A stretch of DNA of 59,643 nucleotides, the filler included, from Circinaria calcarea (taxonomy: Eukaryota): assembly GCA_051942165.1 (NCBI GenBank). It is 6 parts of 6 records of this genome, joined end to end, with 100 filler letters (N's around TTAATTAATTAA, not from the genome) between each part and the next. Parts side by side here need not be neighbours in the genome. Positions count along the whole stretch, not along the records: positions 19,936 to 29,794 come from JAVECS010000879.1; positions 29,895 to 39,746 come from JAVECS010000880.1; positions 39,847 to 49,695 come from JAVECS010000881.1; 3 more parts are not named here. One strand, given 5' to 3'. The notes below the pieces were generated by a model, which was not told where the DNA came from, searched no databases, and saw only the letters and a program-made list of their open reading frames with translations. The translations under genes and the position numbers were made by a program. Positions 26,443 to 40,240 of the stretch are shown piece by piece; the stretch's first letter is position 1; every line of letters begins with the position of its first letter.

Positions 26443-27420
26443 TCTCTTCCCTATTATTTTTGAAAGCCTCTATCACCTCAACAACGCATTCTAGCACTTC
26501 CAAATCGAAATATGAAAGCACTCGGTGACTCTTTAAAAGCCCTTATCACTGTAATAATTTATTTTAATACGAGGATTGCCCTCGGCATATACAGCTCCTA
26601 GATCGAGAAACTAAAGCACTGGGTAAAAGCCTATGAAAGCGTGAGGCACGGGCATCTCTCTTACAGATGCCCTTCGAAACCGAGGATCGCAGCCGCTGTT
26701 TTAGCAAAGAGGGGGGTTTTACAAACTAACTCACGATCGAAAGGTTTGAATAAGAACAAAAAATTCGGAAGGGGCTTTGTTTTCCTCGTTTGAACTTATC
26801 CGCGCTTCCTGAATTCCGGGGACGAAAAGTCGAAGCGTCTCCGAGCGTGGAGCCTTTACCTTCATACTAGCTAAAAAGGTTAAAACATGAGGGCCGCCTG
26901 ATCGGGCAAACTGGAGATATATATAGGTCCCCGGAAACAAGGTCTTATTTCTTCGCCTCGATGAAAAAGATCTAGCGTTGAACTTAAAATGCCTAGAACA
27001 GCGATGCTGAAATCCGGGTTCAAAAACAGGAAGCATCTCCGAGCGTGGAAGATATATCTGGGTTTTCGGAATCAAATCAAAATGCCGTCAAAATCTGAAA
27101 TAGCATTAACCTTAATAGGTCTCGTTCTGCCTCGTTTTGATAATGCCCGCCAAGCTTTTCATTAAGACTTTAAGAATGAATTTCTTGAAGAAGTCAACGC
27201 ACACCTACCAAACGGACAATAACGTGAGGGGCTGCCTTATAGCACCGGAATTCAACGACGGTGTGAAGAAAGTAGTAAGAGTATGGGAAAAGTTATATAT
27301 ATACATCTACCTCCTGGTGAAAATAATCTCGGGTTATCGAGCGTTGGTGAAAACCGATTTACTTTCAACTCCGTATCTTGGATCTTGGTCCCAAGTCCAG
27401 CTGAAAGATAACCGAATTTA
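26443..27420 (+). pseudogene. Possible RIP-damaged coding relic of unknown family
   Basis: Protein-like frames broken by isolated stops (SLPYYF*KPLSPQQRILALP...IYSS*IEKLKHW and DNARQAFH*DFKNEFLEEVNAHLPNGQ*REG) in DNA that looks CpA/TpG-poor by eye. Confidence 0.35.
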
Positions 27421-28699
27421 ATACTTTTAACCTGGTTTCAATCTTAAATATAATTCCGCGTTTCAATCCCTTTCTATAATATTACACAGCCGTTGAAGGA
27501 AGTAGAACAGCAAATCCCCGCTGAAAAAGAAAGAAAAGAATAGTTCTAGAAAAACGTACGCTGGAGATATAGTGACGTATATATGAGACTGTCAATCCAG
27601 AAAAGCAATCTCGAAGGTAAAGAAAAGAACACAGATTCGAAAGATCTAACCAAGTACCCAAAATCGGAGCCAGCATACCCCTCCTGAAGGATCTGGCAAA
27701 AAAGACAAAAGATTCCTCATCAGCATCTACGCCTTTAAAAAATTTCCAACCCCAGCTAGGAGACTTATATACGCCTCCCCCCCCCTCTTATTTCCCCTGG
27801 AATACCACCATCCATCCACTCGCCAAACACGGCGCTCTCCACCAGATTTCCCACCAATCTCCCCCCCTCCGTCGCCTTCCTATTCGCGACAGCTTCCCTA
27901 CAATTGCAATGCGGTAAAATCCCCACTTGCCCTCGCCCATCAACCCGACCCCGGAAAAACGGACAGGAAAACGGAAATGAATGGAAGGGTTCGAGCATGG
28001 GATGGTGTGGGACTGAGGGGGAAATACAGGCAGTGTAGGAACGGGAGAATGTGAGAAACGTGAGGAATGTGAGAATGGAGGAACGAGGACAGATGGTGAG
28101 GTATAGAGGGAGTTAATGCTTCTCTGCTTTGAGAAAGCAAAAAAGAACACCCCGGAGGAGAGAAAAGAGAAAAGAGAACGTTTGCGGGGGAAACAGCTCG
28201 AAGGGTATGGTATCCTCAGCCACCTGGATGGATGGAAAGATACAAGGGGGAGGGAGGGAGGATGAGGGTTCCGATAATAGAAATGATTCTAACCGGGGAG
28301 ATTAAGAAATGAACGTTTTATGATAGCGGTGTTACCATATCCCGCTTGCCTACATACTTACATGTATAAGCAGCTTAACCAAGCCTATCTAACTTCAACT
28401 TCCCCCCGCCTATTTCTACTCTTTATACGCCGAACAATTCTTTTCTGCCCTACCTACTCAACCAATTTATTTAACCTTGGCATCCGCGTTTTTTTCTTAG
28501 AACTTTGCCAACTAGCCCTAACGCAAACCACCCAGACATCCTACTCCACACGTTTACTTTCCCGTGCGGAGGTGTTGAAGCAGTGAAGGGAGGCTATTTA
28601 GTTAAGAAAGAGCTACTACTTCTCTTTCTCTTCCCTCTCCTTTTTATTATTTATCCTTTCCTCTCCACTAACCAGTGACCTGCCTTGGTCCTTTCGGTT

Positions 28700-29470
28700 T
28701 TTTAGACTCTCGATAAATTCGCCACCCGTCCATCTTTTCTTTGTTGATTGGGGGGGAAGGGGGTATTCGTCCCCCTCTTTTCATCTACTTTTGCCCGACC
28801 ACCCATCCATCAACTAATATTTTTCCACCTTCCTTTCCTTGAAAAACCTTAAGAGGGGATTCTAGTAGTCCTTCTTCTTCTTCCTTTTTCCTTCCCTTGA
28901 ATAAAAAAGATCTACTAGGGATTCCCGGTTATTTCCTCTTTTTTAAATTTCTGTTCTATTTTGATCTAAGGTTCATTCTCGATAAATTCGCCACCCATCC
29001 AATTTTTCTTTAAAGGATAAGTGGATGAAATTCATCTCTGCTTTTTTTCCCTACTTTGCCCACATCATCGATCAAGTTCATATTATCCACCTTTATTTCC
29101 CTTGAAAAACTTTAACCGGGGATTTTAATAATTTTTTTTTTCCCTCTTCTTCCGCTTGATTAAAAAAAGATCTACTAGGGATTCCTGACTATTTCCCCTC
29201 TCTTCCTTCCTCTATCCTATTTTGGTTTAAGGTTGATTCTCGATAAATTCGCCACCCGTCCATCTTTTCTTTATTGTGGGGAAGGGGGAATCCGTCCCCC
29301 TCCTTTTATTTATTTTGCCCACATCATCTATCTATCAACCAAAATTATCCACCTTCCTTTCCCTTGAAAAACTTTAACCGGGGATTCTAGTAGTTTTTTC
29401 TTTCTTCCCTCTTCCCCCTTCCTCCCCTTGAAGAAACCAAAAACTCCCACTGGGGAATTCCTCAGCTATG
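28700..29470. repeat. About 265-bp tandem repeat, roughly 3 copies
   Basis: CTCGATAAATTCGCCACCC at 28709, 28978 and 29239; CCTTGAAAAAC in all three copies; AAAAAAGATCTACTAGGGATTCC in two. Confidence 0.9.
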
Positions 29471-29794
29471 TTCCCTCTTTTCCTTTTTCTTCCCTTCCAT
29501 CCCTTTTTTCCCCTTTCCTTTCCTTTCGCTTCCGGTTTTTCTTCCCGGGAGGAGTGGAAGTGGAGGTGGAAGTTTGTGAAAGACGGAAAAAGTTGGAAAA
29601 TGAAAGCAGGCTACCCGAGTGAGTACCAGGGGCGTTCCTCCAAGAAATTCAAAAATAAAAGCAAAGCAGAAGAGAGAAAGAAAGAAAAGGAGAGAGAGAG
29701 TAGAGTTGCAGATTCGATCACCAGGACCCTAGGAATCCCGGGACACCCCAAGGACCAAGGTACCAAAGAAATGGGGGAGGGGGGATGGGGGACC

Positions 29795-29894
29795 NNNNNN
29801 NNNNNNNNNNNNNNNNNNNNNNNNNNNNNNNNNNNNNNTTAATTAATTAANNNNNNNNNNNNNNNNNNNNNNNNNNNNNNNNNNNNNNNNNNNN
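29795..29894. other. Artificial contig linker
   Basis: N44-TTAATTAATTAA-N44. Confidence 0.99.
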
Positions 29895-30657
29895 CTTATC
29901 AACCCTCTTATGTGCTACTTGATCCCCTCTCCCTTCCCCGGCCCTCCATCACCAAACCAACACCACTTAACAGCAGTAGGAACCCCGCTCTCACTCCATC
30001 ACCCTCGCCCATCTCCACCCAAATCCTGCAACCAACGGACACTGAAAGCAGAGAATACGCTGTTTTCCTGTAAACGGACGCTAGGATGTTACAAGTCGGT
30101 GGGGGGAACTTGAGAGGAGAGAGCGAAGAGTTCGGTGAGGGTCTGGTTAATGGGGAAGTGCCTGGTTGTTTGGAAAAGAAGGGGTTAAATGAGGATAAGG
30201 AAGGGAGTAAATAGGCTGAGGAGGACATGAAAGGAGGGGGGGGGATGTTGTGGGCATGGTTGGAGTGGATAGTGGGTTCGGTTTGTGGTGTAAGGCGCAT
30301 TTGAGAGAACATTTGATATTGTTACTTGGTAGACGAGCCGGAAATATGCTTGGGTAGAAAAGAATTAATGGAGTTTTTGTCATTTGTTAGAATAGGTATG
30401 GCATGGCGGTGAAAAATATATACCTACCTAGGCACCGGAGAGACAATTTTTTGTAGCTTAGAGTAGAGGTTTTTATAAACGGCACCTTCGATTCGTTTAT
30501 GGATTTTTAATATCAATTGGAATATTTTATCATTTTATGGGTTCGAATGTACGTTCCGCTTCCTTTCGTCACTCCTTGCTGACATAATCAACCTTCAACC
30601 TCGACCCATCATCAAGCTCCGAAAACCCCATCCCCCAAGCTCCCCCAAAATACAACC

Positions 30658-31843
30658 ATGTTCCTCCGACGCTCAGCCATTGCCCTCTCACGGCGAACCA
30701 TCATCAACCCCATTGCATCCCGCACCTTCACCTCCTCCATCACCCGCCGTAAGCCCCGCAATGCCCTCTCCCTCCTCTTTGTTCCGTCCCCCCCAAAGCC
30801 ACCCTAAAACGACTAACATCCGCGGCTCCATAGGAGATGCCAAATCGAAACCCGAAGAGCCGAATCAAGCCGTGCATACAATGGTGCCGTTCGAAGGTAC
30901 GGATCTCCTCCCTCCCTCTCCGCCTGCTGCGGCCGTCTGCACTCTTTCCCTCTCCATTGCTTTAAAATCGCGGTACTAACAACCTGCCTCTCTCCTCCGA
31001 AAAAAACAGAAGTAAAATCCGAAGCCGACCTCCTTCCCCCTGGGGCGCCGCCCGGAACCGTTCCGGCGGACCTTGAGCAAGCAACGGGCCTCGAGCGCCT
31101 CGAGATCTTGGGCAAGATGCAGGGCGTGGATATCTTCGATATGAAGCCGTTGGATGCGTCGCGTAAAGGTAATGAATTGGGTTTTTGCATTTTCTCTGGC
31201 CTCGCGCAAAATTGGGGTCTTTAGATAAATTCTTGATATGGAAGACGGGGATACACAACTGGGAAAGAAGGGACTGATTCACAACAGGAACCCTCGACAA
31301 CCCGATCGTCGTCCGCTCCTTTGGCGACGAACAATACGCTGGCTGCACGGGCTACCCGGCCGACTCACACGTTACGATTTGGTTGACCGTATGCTTCCTC
31401 TCCCTCTCCCACTTCCCCCCAAGTCTCCTCTGTCACTTTATCCCCCGCTCTCCACGCACAATGTCCTCCCAAATCCTCCCCCAAAACTAACCCATCTCCT
31501 CCGTCACTACCAGATGTCCCGCGACCGCCCCGTTGAGCGCTGCCCCGAATGCGGCAACGTGCTGAAGATGGAATACGTCGGGCCCATGGATGATCCGCAC
31601 GCGCATGGCGGGCACGGAGAAGATCGTATGTGTTAAGCTCCCGTTTCGTCCCATCCCTATCCCCCATCCCATTTCCTCTCCATCTTCCATCTATCCCGGT
31701 AGGCTCAAAAAGAAGAATTGCTAAAGATTTTGCTAATGCGACCCGGTGGTGGTTGCCGGGGTGGGTGAATAGACGCCGACGGCCTGCACAATTACGAGGA
31801 GCCCAAGACGTTTGCGGATTTTGTGCGGCCCGAGTATCGGTAG
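30658..31843 (+). CDS. COX4: Cytochrome c oxidase subunit IV (yeast Cox4 / COX5B family), 6 exons
   Basis: Mitochondrial presequence MFLRRSAIALSRR; PGTVPADLEQATGLERLEILGK, GCTGYPADSH and ERCPECGNV. Introns 30749-30833, 30897-31009, 31169-31287, 31389-31513 and 31626-31772; TAG at 31841-31843. Not represented as such in the ORF track. Confidence 0.95.
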
Positions 31844-32810
31844 AGGTTCCATGAAGGGAGGAAGGGGGGGTGGGGGCCTTTCTTTCCCCTCATAAGCGGG
31901 GGCGCCTGAGATGGATACACGGACGAGAGGGCGATGAGCAGGAGAGGGAGGGAGAGGGAGAGAGCGAGGAGAGAGAATTAGGGATAAGATGGGGGTTTTG
32001 CTGGAAGGATAGGGGTAGGGGTAGGGTAAGGGAGATTGAACGAGAGGATAGAGGGGCCTTCCCTACGTCTAGTTCCTTGTCCTTGTCCTTGTCCTTGTAC
32101 AGAAATCCTTGTACAGAATTTACAATTTGCACTCTCAAATTTATGTTTTATATTCTCAAGCCGGTTCGGTTCAAACTGTACTGTAGTAAAAGTCACGCTT
32201 CTACCGGTTCCATACCATATGTATTACATCACATTGAACCAGACAAGATACCGAAACACGAAACACCGAAAACGAAAAACGAAAATCCTTGTGACTGACT
32301 GTCGATTTTGGATTAGATTAGATTGGATCGGATTGTATATGTTTTGACGGGGTTTGGAAACTGAAAACTGAAAACCAAAACATCAATCACATGGCAAAGA
32401 GCATTGCAAAGAAGCTTAGCCCCTCATAAGCTACGCATATGCACTGTGCACATTCCAGTCCCAGTCCCAACCGCCTACAAGGAAAGGGAAGGGAAAAAAA
32501 GAAGAAACAGCTAATTTACAACCTCACAACCCCCGTAACCCCGAACCCAACACCAGACCAGACCAGACCAGACCAGATCAGTAAGTAATGTCTTGCCTAT
32601 CCACCATCTTTTGGATTTTTTTTCTCTCTATCTCGTGGTGTCTGTCGTACAAACAATATACAAGACCATACGGTCCCAAGAACCATACGGTTCCAATCGT
32701 CCCTTCCCCTTCTCCTTCTTCCTTCCCCCCCTAAAAAAAACTCCCCAATAAATATGCTACACCGTTATGCCCGGACGAATCAAATCCCCCCGGTCCAAAT
32801 CAATCCCCAA

Positions 32811-35800
32811 TCACTCAAAATTATCCGACCGGTCCACCCAAATATCCTCGAGCTCGGCGAAATTTTGGAAATGCAGCGGCCGATGCTGATCGGCGTAGAA
32901 AGACTAGAATGACGCGCACCACAGGTGTTAGCCTGGGGGACCGGGGTGAATGAAAAAGATAAAGAGAAAAGAAAAACTCACCAGAGGTGTATCCATCTTC
33001 ACGAACACGCCCTTCTTCTCCACGCTCCCAAATGAACTCCCCATGAAGCTATAATTCCACAGGTTCGATTCCGGCACGAGAAAGTAGCCTCGGATCTTAT
33101 CACTAAGCAGCAACTGGCACTTTTCGCCCATGCTAGTTGAGAAGCCCTGCGGCTGTTCGCTGCCCGTGTCTTTGTTTTCCGCACCCCACTTGTAGCCTTG
33201 GGGTGTGAGGGCCCAGGATGCGAGCGAGACAGAGCCGGGAGTGAAGGAGACGGTCATGGTGACGGTCTTCTTGTCCCAGGAGGGGTGGGCGCTCATAAGG
33301 CGAGCGTGCTGGGTGACGTCCATGGCGGTCATGTAAGGTTGTTCGTTACCGGAGATGGTGTGAATAATACCGAGGGGCTCCATGCTGGAGAGGTATTCGT
33401 GCTGAGGGAGCTGGTGTGGGAGTTGGACGTCGCGGGTGTTGCCTACTTGAGGGATCATGACAATGGTGCGGATTTCCTTTATTTGGTCGTTATCGGGTGG
33501 AGAGCTGCCGTATAGGTATCCTGCCACTTGAACGCGGAGGTCGGCGATGGTGATGAAGCGCTTGAGGATATTCTTTGGCATGATATAGGTGTAATGACCA
33601 TCTTCACGAATGCCATCGGATGAGATGTAAATGTTGTTGGCACGGGTACGGAGATTCGAGGATGCAATGGCTCGAGTCCGCCATTCCGTCTTGGAGGCAA
33701 ATGACTGCTGCTCGAACTGCGAGGTCGTAGTTACGATAATCTCTTCACCATGAACATTTTGGGTCTTCGTCGTCACAGCGGTCAACTGTTGTTGCTCTTG
33801 TTGCTGTTTCTCAATCTCGGCGGCTTGTTGACGTTGCATAGAAGGAGCGCTGATTTCCATACCAAGAATGATATCTCTGACTTCACTGCTTGTCAAGCTG
33901 GAGGTGTTGACGTTGTTCTTCTTGCCATAGTCATTCAGTATCAGGTCTCGAAGCTGCACTTCGACCTTGATCCAATCCTCGTCAGATAGCGTGGGCCAAA
34001 TGTGGTGATCCTGTGTGATGACAGTCTTGTCTGGGCGCAGGAGCAACTTGGTCTTATCTTGGTTGACATGTAACGCGCGTAAGATCAGAATGAGTCGCGA
34101 GAAAGCGGTGTAGGACGAGATCGTCTTCGGCCACTCATCGTAAAGATTGCATAGGATCATCTTAGGCTCAGTAGCTCGTAAAATCATGTCACCTAATTTC
34201 TCAACTTTCATTGCGGCCTGGAAAGGTAATTGGAGCTCAGAGGCTCGGATAGAGATGTTGGGAAAGTCCAATAGATGCACTTCTAGCGGGTCAAGTAGAC
34301 CTTTACGGGTAACGATAAGCTGCTTCGGCTGTTCTTGGACAGGCAACGATCGAATGAGAGCAGCTACCTCTTCAGCGGTCTTCCATTTGGCCAATTGACC
34401 TAAACGTTTCTGACCTGCCCAGACACTCGTGTGGATAATCTTCAGGAATAGTTGTCCTGTCTTTGGGTTGAAGATAAAGATAGCGCCATTAATAGGTTTG
34501 GTTGTCAGATTACCCTCAAAGGTCTTGTGGATCGTCACACGATAGACGTTGGTGTCATCGATGAATAGTTGGATTTGGTTGCTAAATAGCTCCGAGTAGT
34601 TTTGGGAATTTAGGAACTCTTGGTTACTCTCAGATGCATAGAGCTGCAGACCCTTCCTAATACGCTCGCGCAGAACATAGAGAGCAGGATTGGCCTTCAT
34701 TATTTTCGCCATGGCCTGTTGTATCAGTGCCTTGAGACCAGGGAAATATTGTCCATAAGCCGAGTAAAGGTTATAGGCAAGGTCGATTCCTATCATCAAT
34801 CCTGTGGCTGACGGATAGATGCTCATGCTGTCGGTTGTGTAGTCCAAGTATTTGGCCCGAACGTATCGTTCAATATCATGAGAATCATAATCACCGTACC
34901 GAAGCTGGACGTCGATCCAAAACTTGTTGGTAGTAGTAGGTTCTGTAATGTCCTTCGTATCGAACAAGATAGACGGTCTCGTGACATTCCACTTATGCGA
35001 TGCGAAGAGAAGAATGTCAGCACATGAACTATTCATCTTGTACGATTTCCTAGGATGTATTGTTTCCTTCTGTACGGTCTCAATAGCTAGCGGCTCCAAT
35101 TCTTGATCGAACACCTGGCAAAGGTCCATGACAACGGACTCGTGGATTTTCTGCCACAGATGGGCACGGAAAATCTGGATCAGCGAAATCTTGAGCGTTG
35201 GAATTTTACCATGCAAGAAGATGCCCGTCAAATCCAATTGGACCTGAAAACCAACGTATACATTGGCACGATTAATGGTAGGTGACCACCACAATGTGAA
35301 ACGACGATTGGGAATCTGGTTGAGACCAGATCGCTGAGCGTTAGTAAGCTTCTTGAACTTCATCGACTCTTCAAAACCGGACGCTTTCTCCCAGAAAAGA
35401 CCCTCCCAAGATGGAAACGCAGTTGCCTTGAACAAGGTGTGCTCGAGAATGGTCTCGACACCACCAAGTGCTTGAATGACATCTGTACGGTAGGCGTTCA
35501 AGTTCCATAGTTTACCATCATGCCGTTGGCTAGTCCACCAGAAAGGATTGCTCTTCATCAGTTGATAGGTCTTGAATTCAGTTCGGGCTCTAAAACCCTT
35601 GTCGAAACTGAGTGTGCTCCTATCCTTTTGGAATAGTGTATTAATACGGGGAAGACCTCGATCCCAGCTGTCTTCGAGATCTTCAAGAGTTAGTCGTCGA
35701 TTTTGCTGGTTAGCTTCTTGCCGCTTTTGTGAATATTCTGTCCAGACACGCTGAGAGTCAATGAACTCAGCTTCCCATGGGATGATGTAACGGAAAATGT

Positions 35801-38800
35801 TGGGAATTAAGGTCTCCTCATCATGTGTCATGCCGGAACGATAATGCGTGACTCCGGTATCGGTCTGCTTCGACCATCTTTTATCGCTCGTCGGGATAAG
35901 GATGTGTGAACCCGATATCATACCAAGGCCACCCAACTCCTTAGGGGTGTAGAAGACGGCGGGTGGAAACCTTGAAGGCATCTTGGAATTCAGCCCAATC
36001 TTGACTCTCGTTTGTATCTTTGTTTCACACTTGACAATGGTGTCCAAAAGGTTGACAGTTGAGACGGCCGCCTCGCGATAGTATGTAAAGAGTGCGATGA
36101 GACTGGTATTCCACTTGTTTGCGATCTTGGTAAACGTGGTTGAACCCGAAGACATCAGGATCTGTCGTATACGATTATTGAACTTTTGAATGTCCTCCTC
36201 AGTCACCTGCAAAAATGCATGAGCAGTCCTCTCTTTCGTAGTGTTATCGACCAAAGACCACACGCTGTCTTTGACTGGGAATTCCTCGTTCAAGGTCCGA
36301 ATCTTGGGCAGAATGCGAACCTCGAAACCACACATGGAAAAGAGCAGGTTAGGGTTATCCTTACTGTAGACACTAGCAAAAGTGTCATCCCACTCAATAG
36401 TAGTTATGGACCTAGGTAGCCTGTTCTTCAGGTCCCAGAAGACGGCTCGGCCTAGATTCACATCGTGCCTCATCAACCTCATTCTTGAATCTCGTGGCCA
36501 GCACTTTTTGTTTCGGTAGCCAATCACGTTTTCAAAGTTTGGATCCGGTTGTTCTGTTAGAAAACGCTGAATAAGATCCCTCGATTCATCTGCTGTAAAC
36601 CGCAAGAAAACCCAGATACGATCGATATACCGAGTGTAGAGTCTGATTGGATGTCTAGTCTCCGCTGCACGATCTCTGAATTGCAAAAAGTCATTTGGAC
36701 TCTGCGGCGGGCCGGCAATTTCACTCGCTCGTTGAAGACCTAATAACAGTAGATCAAGCACCAATCCATAGTACTGGAAGACGAAAGCCGAAAACTGCAA
36801 ACCCCGTATCATTCCGTAGCTATTAGTATGGTTCATGTCTTTGTAATTTAGCTGAACATTGTTTTTTGATGATATGTAGTCCGCAAGATTGTGATCCATT
36901 ATCAGGCGAAGCAAACGGTTCAGTAGGGTAAGATCGATCTTCTCGTACACCTTTGAAAGTTGAGTCTCTATCATGACATTACATTCCCCCTCCGCAGTCT
37001 CCCAAACCCCTCCGAGATTATTGATACCCTGAGCCCATTTGTATGTTAGCAAGGGCGGGACCTCGGAGTCTGAGGGCTTGATCCAGGCTGGGAAAAGATG
37101 GCGCTGATCGGCTTGATACCAAAGATACTGATCAAGATATGCATCGGTAATCTTTTCAATTGGCTCGATGTCGTAAACAGGGTTTATACTGCTGTAGTTG
37201 TCGTTCATGTCGATTCCCACTTCTTTAAAGGCACGCTGGGTAAGTAGGAAGCGCTTAATTCTTGTCAACGTAGTACCGGGTGAGTCGTATGCCTGTTCGA
37301 TAAGGGCCAACTCCTCTCTTTGGCTTTGGTTCAGGCGACCCTTCACAGAGTAAGCCTCGCGTAATCGCTCAAGGGCAAGGATCAGAATCTTCGTATCGTG
37401 CTTATAAGAAACAGCTGGGAACGGAATTGGGGAGAACTTTCGTGACTCAAGCCAATGAACAGTGGTAGTATAAATGGCAACCGCTTCCTCAGACGAGACA
37501 TAAGGACCATCCTTCATGTAATTATGCTGTCTTTCTTGCTCGGCTTTAAGCCATAGACGGGTAAGACGTCCCAAGTTCTTCTTTGCAACAGTTTTGTCTA
37601 CGGTAGCACCACGCCTTATGCGTTCTCGATTGTAATGTGCTACTGAGATCCACCAGTCCGCCTTACTTTTGACGTATCGAAGGATAATATTCTCAATTGG
37701 TGCAGGTAATCCAGGTACCTTCCAGGGAATGTTACTCTTCCAGCATCTCCAGGCCTCCGACAAGTGTTGAAGAACAGTATTGACCTTGTTTTGTTTGATA
37801 CCTTCAGGCATCATATCCATAAGGTCAGCCATAACTGAGGCACGAAGTTCAAGATCGAAGTGAGATTCAACTCTCTGTTTTGTCACGGTCTTTGCTACTC
37901 CTTTGCTATGCCGTCCTTCGAACTGTCGAGAAAGTAGATTTCCAAGCCACCGCTCGAGAAGTGGTATGATCCCTCTCATGAAGAATAGCCAGACTCTCCA
38001 CGCAGGAGCCCAGAACCCACATCCTGGTCCTTTGCCTACAGGCCCAGAGTTGAAACGGTAGTAGATCAGGTGCTTCAAATCCTTGCAAGACCGAATCTGA
38101 TGCATTAGCTTGTATTTGTAACGATACATACCCGTCAGCTGACCGACGTGATTGAATGCGTACAAGATACCATCAGCGAGTTGGAAGGCATCAATATTGC
38201 CAAGGCGATACTGGACTTGAGCATCAACGATAAGCTTGGTCAAACGAAGGATTTCACGCATCAGATGGAAAGCATTTCCGAATCGTGACTTCTTTCGCTC
38301 TTTGGTCGTCAGTGTCTTGACAGGTTTTAAATTGAAGTTGTAATCCAAATGAAGATACGTCAGGTTTTTCCGATGGATCAGCAAATTCAACATGTTAAAG
38401 CCCTGGCGGCAAACTTGAAGACCCGCTTCAACCCAATCGATGGTGGTTTGCTGGAAGAACTTTGTCGATCGAAGCGACTTCATCAGGTTCTGCTTACTTT
38501 GAGCTTTAGGCTTCTTCTTGTGTAGCTCGTTAAGTACAAATGTTTTCAGAAGCTTTTGATACGAGACTCGGACTTTGACTGGTTGACCTTGGGGACAGTG
38601 CTCGAGATACCATTGCTTGACCAAGGGCACATCTTGTGCGCGAACCATCTTACCGGATCGACGGTCGAATGGGAACGGGGCCCACCAAAGTGCAATTGCG
38701 GAGGATGTTTCGCTCGTATAAAGTTCTTCATCAGCAAGGAAGGGCTCCATGTTACCAGGCAATTTGAATTCCCCATCTTCTTCATTACCGAAACCAAATA

Positions 38801-39746
38801 TTTCGTCTTCATGGCTAACGGTTAGATTCTTGGGGGCGACAGATCTTGACGATATCGGATTGATGACGGGGTCGAAGTAGAATGCAGGTAGACTCGGGTC
38901 CTCGGCGCGAACGTAGACTACCTGCGGATACGAGTACCAGGAGAGCTTTACGCTCCGAGGAAGTGAGTTATAAAGAAACGGGAAAGCAACACGGTATTCA
39001 GTCCGGATCGGGGCTCGAAAGATGATTCGATCGATTGCGTTGAACTCCCCAAAATCTTCGTCGTTAGGATCGACGTCTTTGTACAGAGGCTCAAACCGTG
39101 GACCACCGGGGATAGCCACATTCAGTGCTTTTGCCGTCAAGAAACTTTTAAGGTCAAACATATGAAAGTAATTTTGGTCCACGAGATCACTTAGGAGTTG
39201 GTGGCTCAGCCGGTAGAGCGTCGCCATCTGCGGTAGCGTAAGGTTCCATTCCTTGTAGCTCGGTCCATTGACATGGGGCGTGTCCAGTAAAGGACGATGG
39301 TCATAAAACCAATCGTACACCGGCGCGTCCTCTATCTCGTCAAGCTCCATTTGTATAGGTTCCAAAGGCTCAACGTCTTCAATATTTTCTGACCAAGAAA
39401 GTGGAGGCTCCTCGTCGTCAAACGGTGGAAATCTCATTCGCTTGAAATGTCTCCTGTCGCTCTTTTCCCTCCGCATACACACCCACATAGTAGCCCATTG
39501 CGCATGGAAGACTGGTTCGATGACCCTTGGAATCTCGTTCACCAGAGTCAAGCAGCCGTTGACGTGATATAGAACCTTAACCTCTCTCGAAGACTCCCAA
39601 GGCATAGGCATGTTTTCGAGTAGTTTCAGTACAGCATGAGGCATGAACTTCAAGGCCCCAAGGTAACTCCTCTTATCGCTGCTAAACTTCTTCTGCGACA
39701 CATCTCCAATATCCTTGACGATCTTCCGCAGATGCTCCGGTGGCAT
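32811..39746 (-). CDS. PRP8: Pre-mRNA splicing factor Prp8, 5'-truncated by contig end
   Basis: 2272-aa ORF with unmistakable Prp8 sequence. Final intron 32904-32981; last exon [30 protein letters not shown] ends at 32811. Confidence 0.99.
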
Positions 39747-39846
39747 NNNNNNNNNNNNNNNNNNNNNNNNNNNNNNNNNNNNNNNNNNNNTTAATTAATT
39801 AANNNNNNNNNNNNNNNNNNNNNNNNNNNNNNNNNNNNNNNNNNNN
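39747..39846. other. Artificial contig linker
   Basis: N44-TTAATTAATTAA-N44. Confidence 0.99.
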
Positions 39847-39904
39847 CTAACCCTAACCCTAACCCTAACCCTAACCCTAACCCTAACCCTAACCCTAACC
39901 CTAA
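39847..39904. repeat. Telomeric repeat (CCCTAA)n at contig start
   Basis: CTAA plus 9 perfect CCCTAA units, in the correct orientation for a left chromosome end. Confidence 0.96.
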
Positions 39905-39911
39905 GGGATTC

Positions 39912-40240
39912 TCACATCATGGATGTCCATTTGAGATCTAAGTTAGAATATTTTGTTCGCTCACAGCCTGCCACCAGGAAGTGGTAAGAAGTCATGGCAT
40001 ATTTTTTATAGTGGTTTCTAACCTTACGTTGATGAGTTCTAGATCTCCGCACTTTCGTGGTAGGTCTAGCTCTGTTAAGACAGTCATAATCTCTGGTCAT
40101 GTAGGAATTGAAGGTTCGAGGGCAATTTTTCGAACGGCATTGGCTGTACGGCAAAGTTCGTTTGAAAATATGATCCCGACAACGCTGTAGAACTTCTACA
40201 GCGTGACACGGATGGCATACGCATAGCGTAGCGAGCCTGT
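39912..40240 (-). pseudogene. Degenerate C2H2 zinc-finger-like relic reading into the telomere
   Basis: CHPC...DHIFKRTLPYSQCRSKNCPRTFNS...HQRKVRNH...VAGCERTKY resembles eroded C2H2 fingers and linkers; several metal ligands are missing. Confidence 0.35.

Noticed and set aside
28700..29470. CRISPR-like array
   Set aside because: The sequences between the conserved islands are homologous to each other, the unit is about 265 bp, there are no cas genes and the DNA is eukaryotic.
33198..38825. Many short antisense or alternate-frame ORFs inside PRP8 (likewise inside HIR3)
   Set aside because: They are shadow ORFs of long coding sequences with no independent motifs.
39747..39904. PRP8 as a telomere-adjacent gene
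   Set aside because: An artificial linker separates them; they are different contigs.
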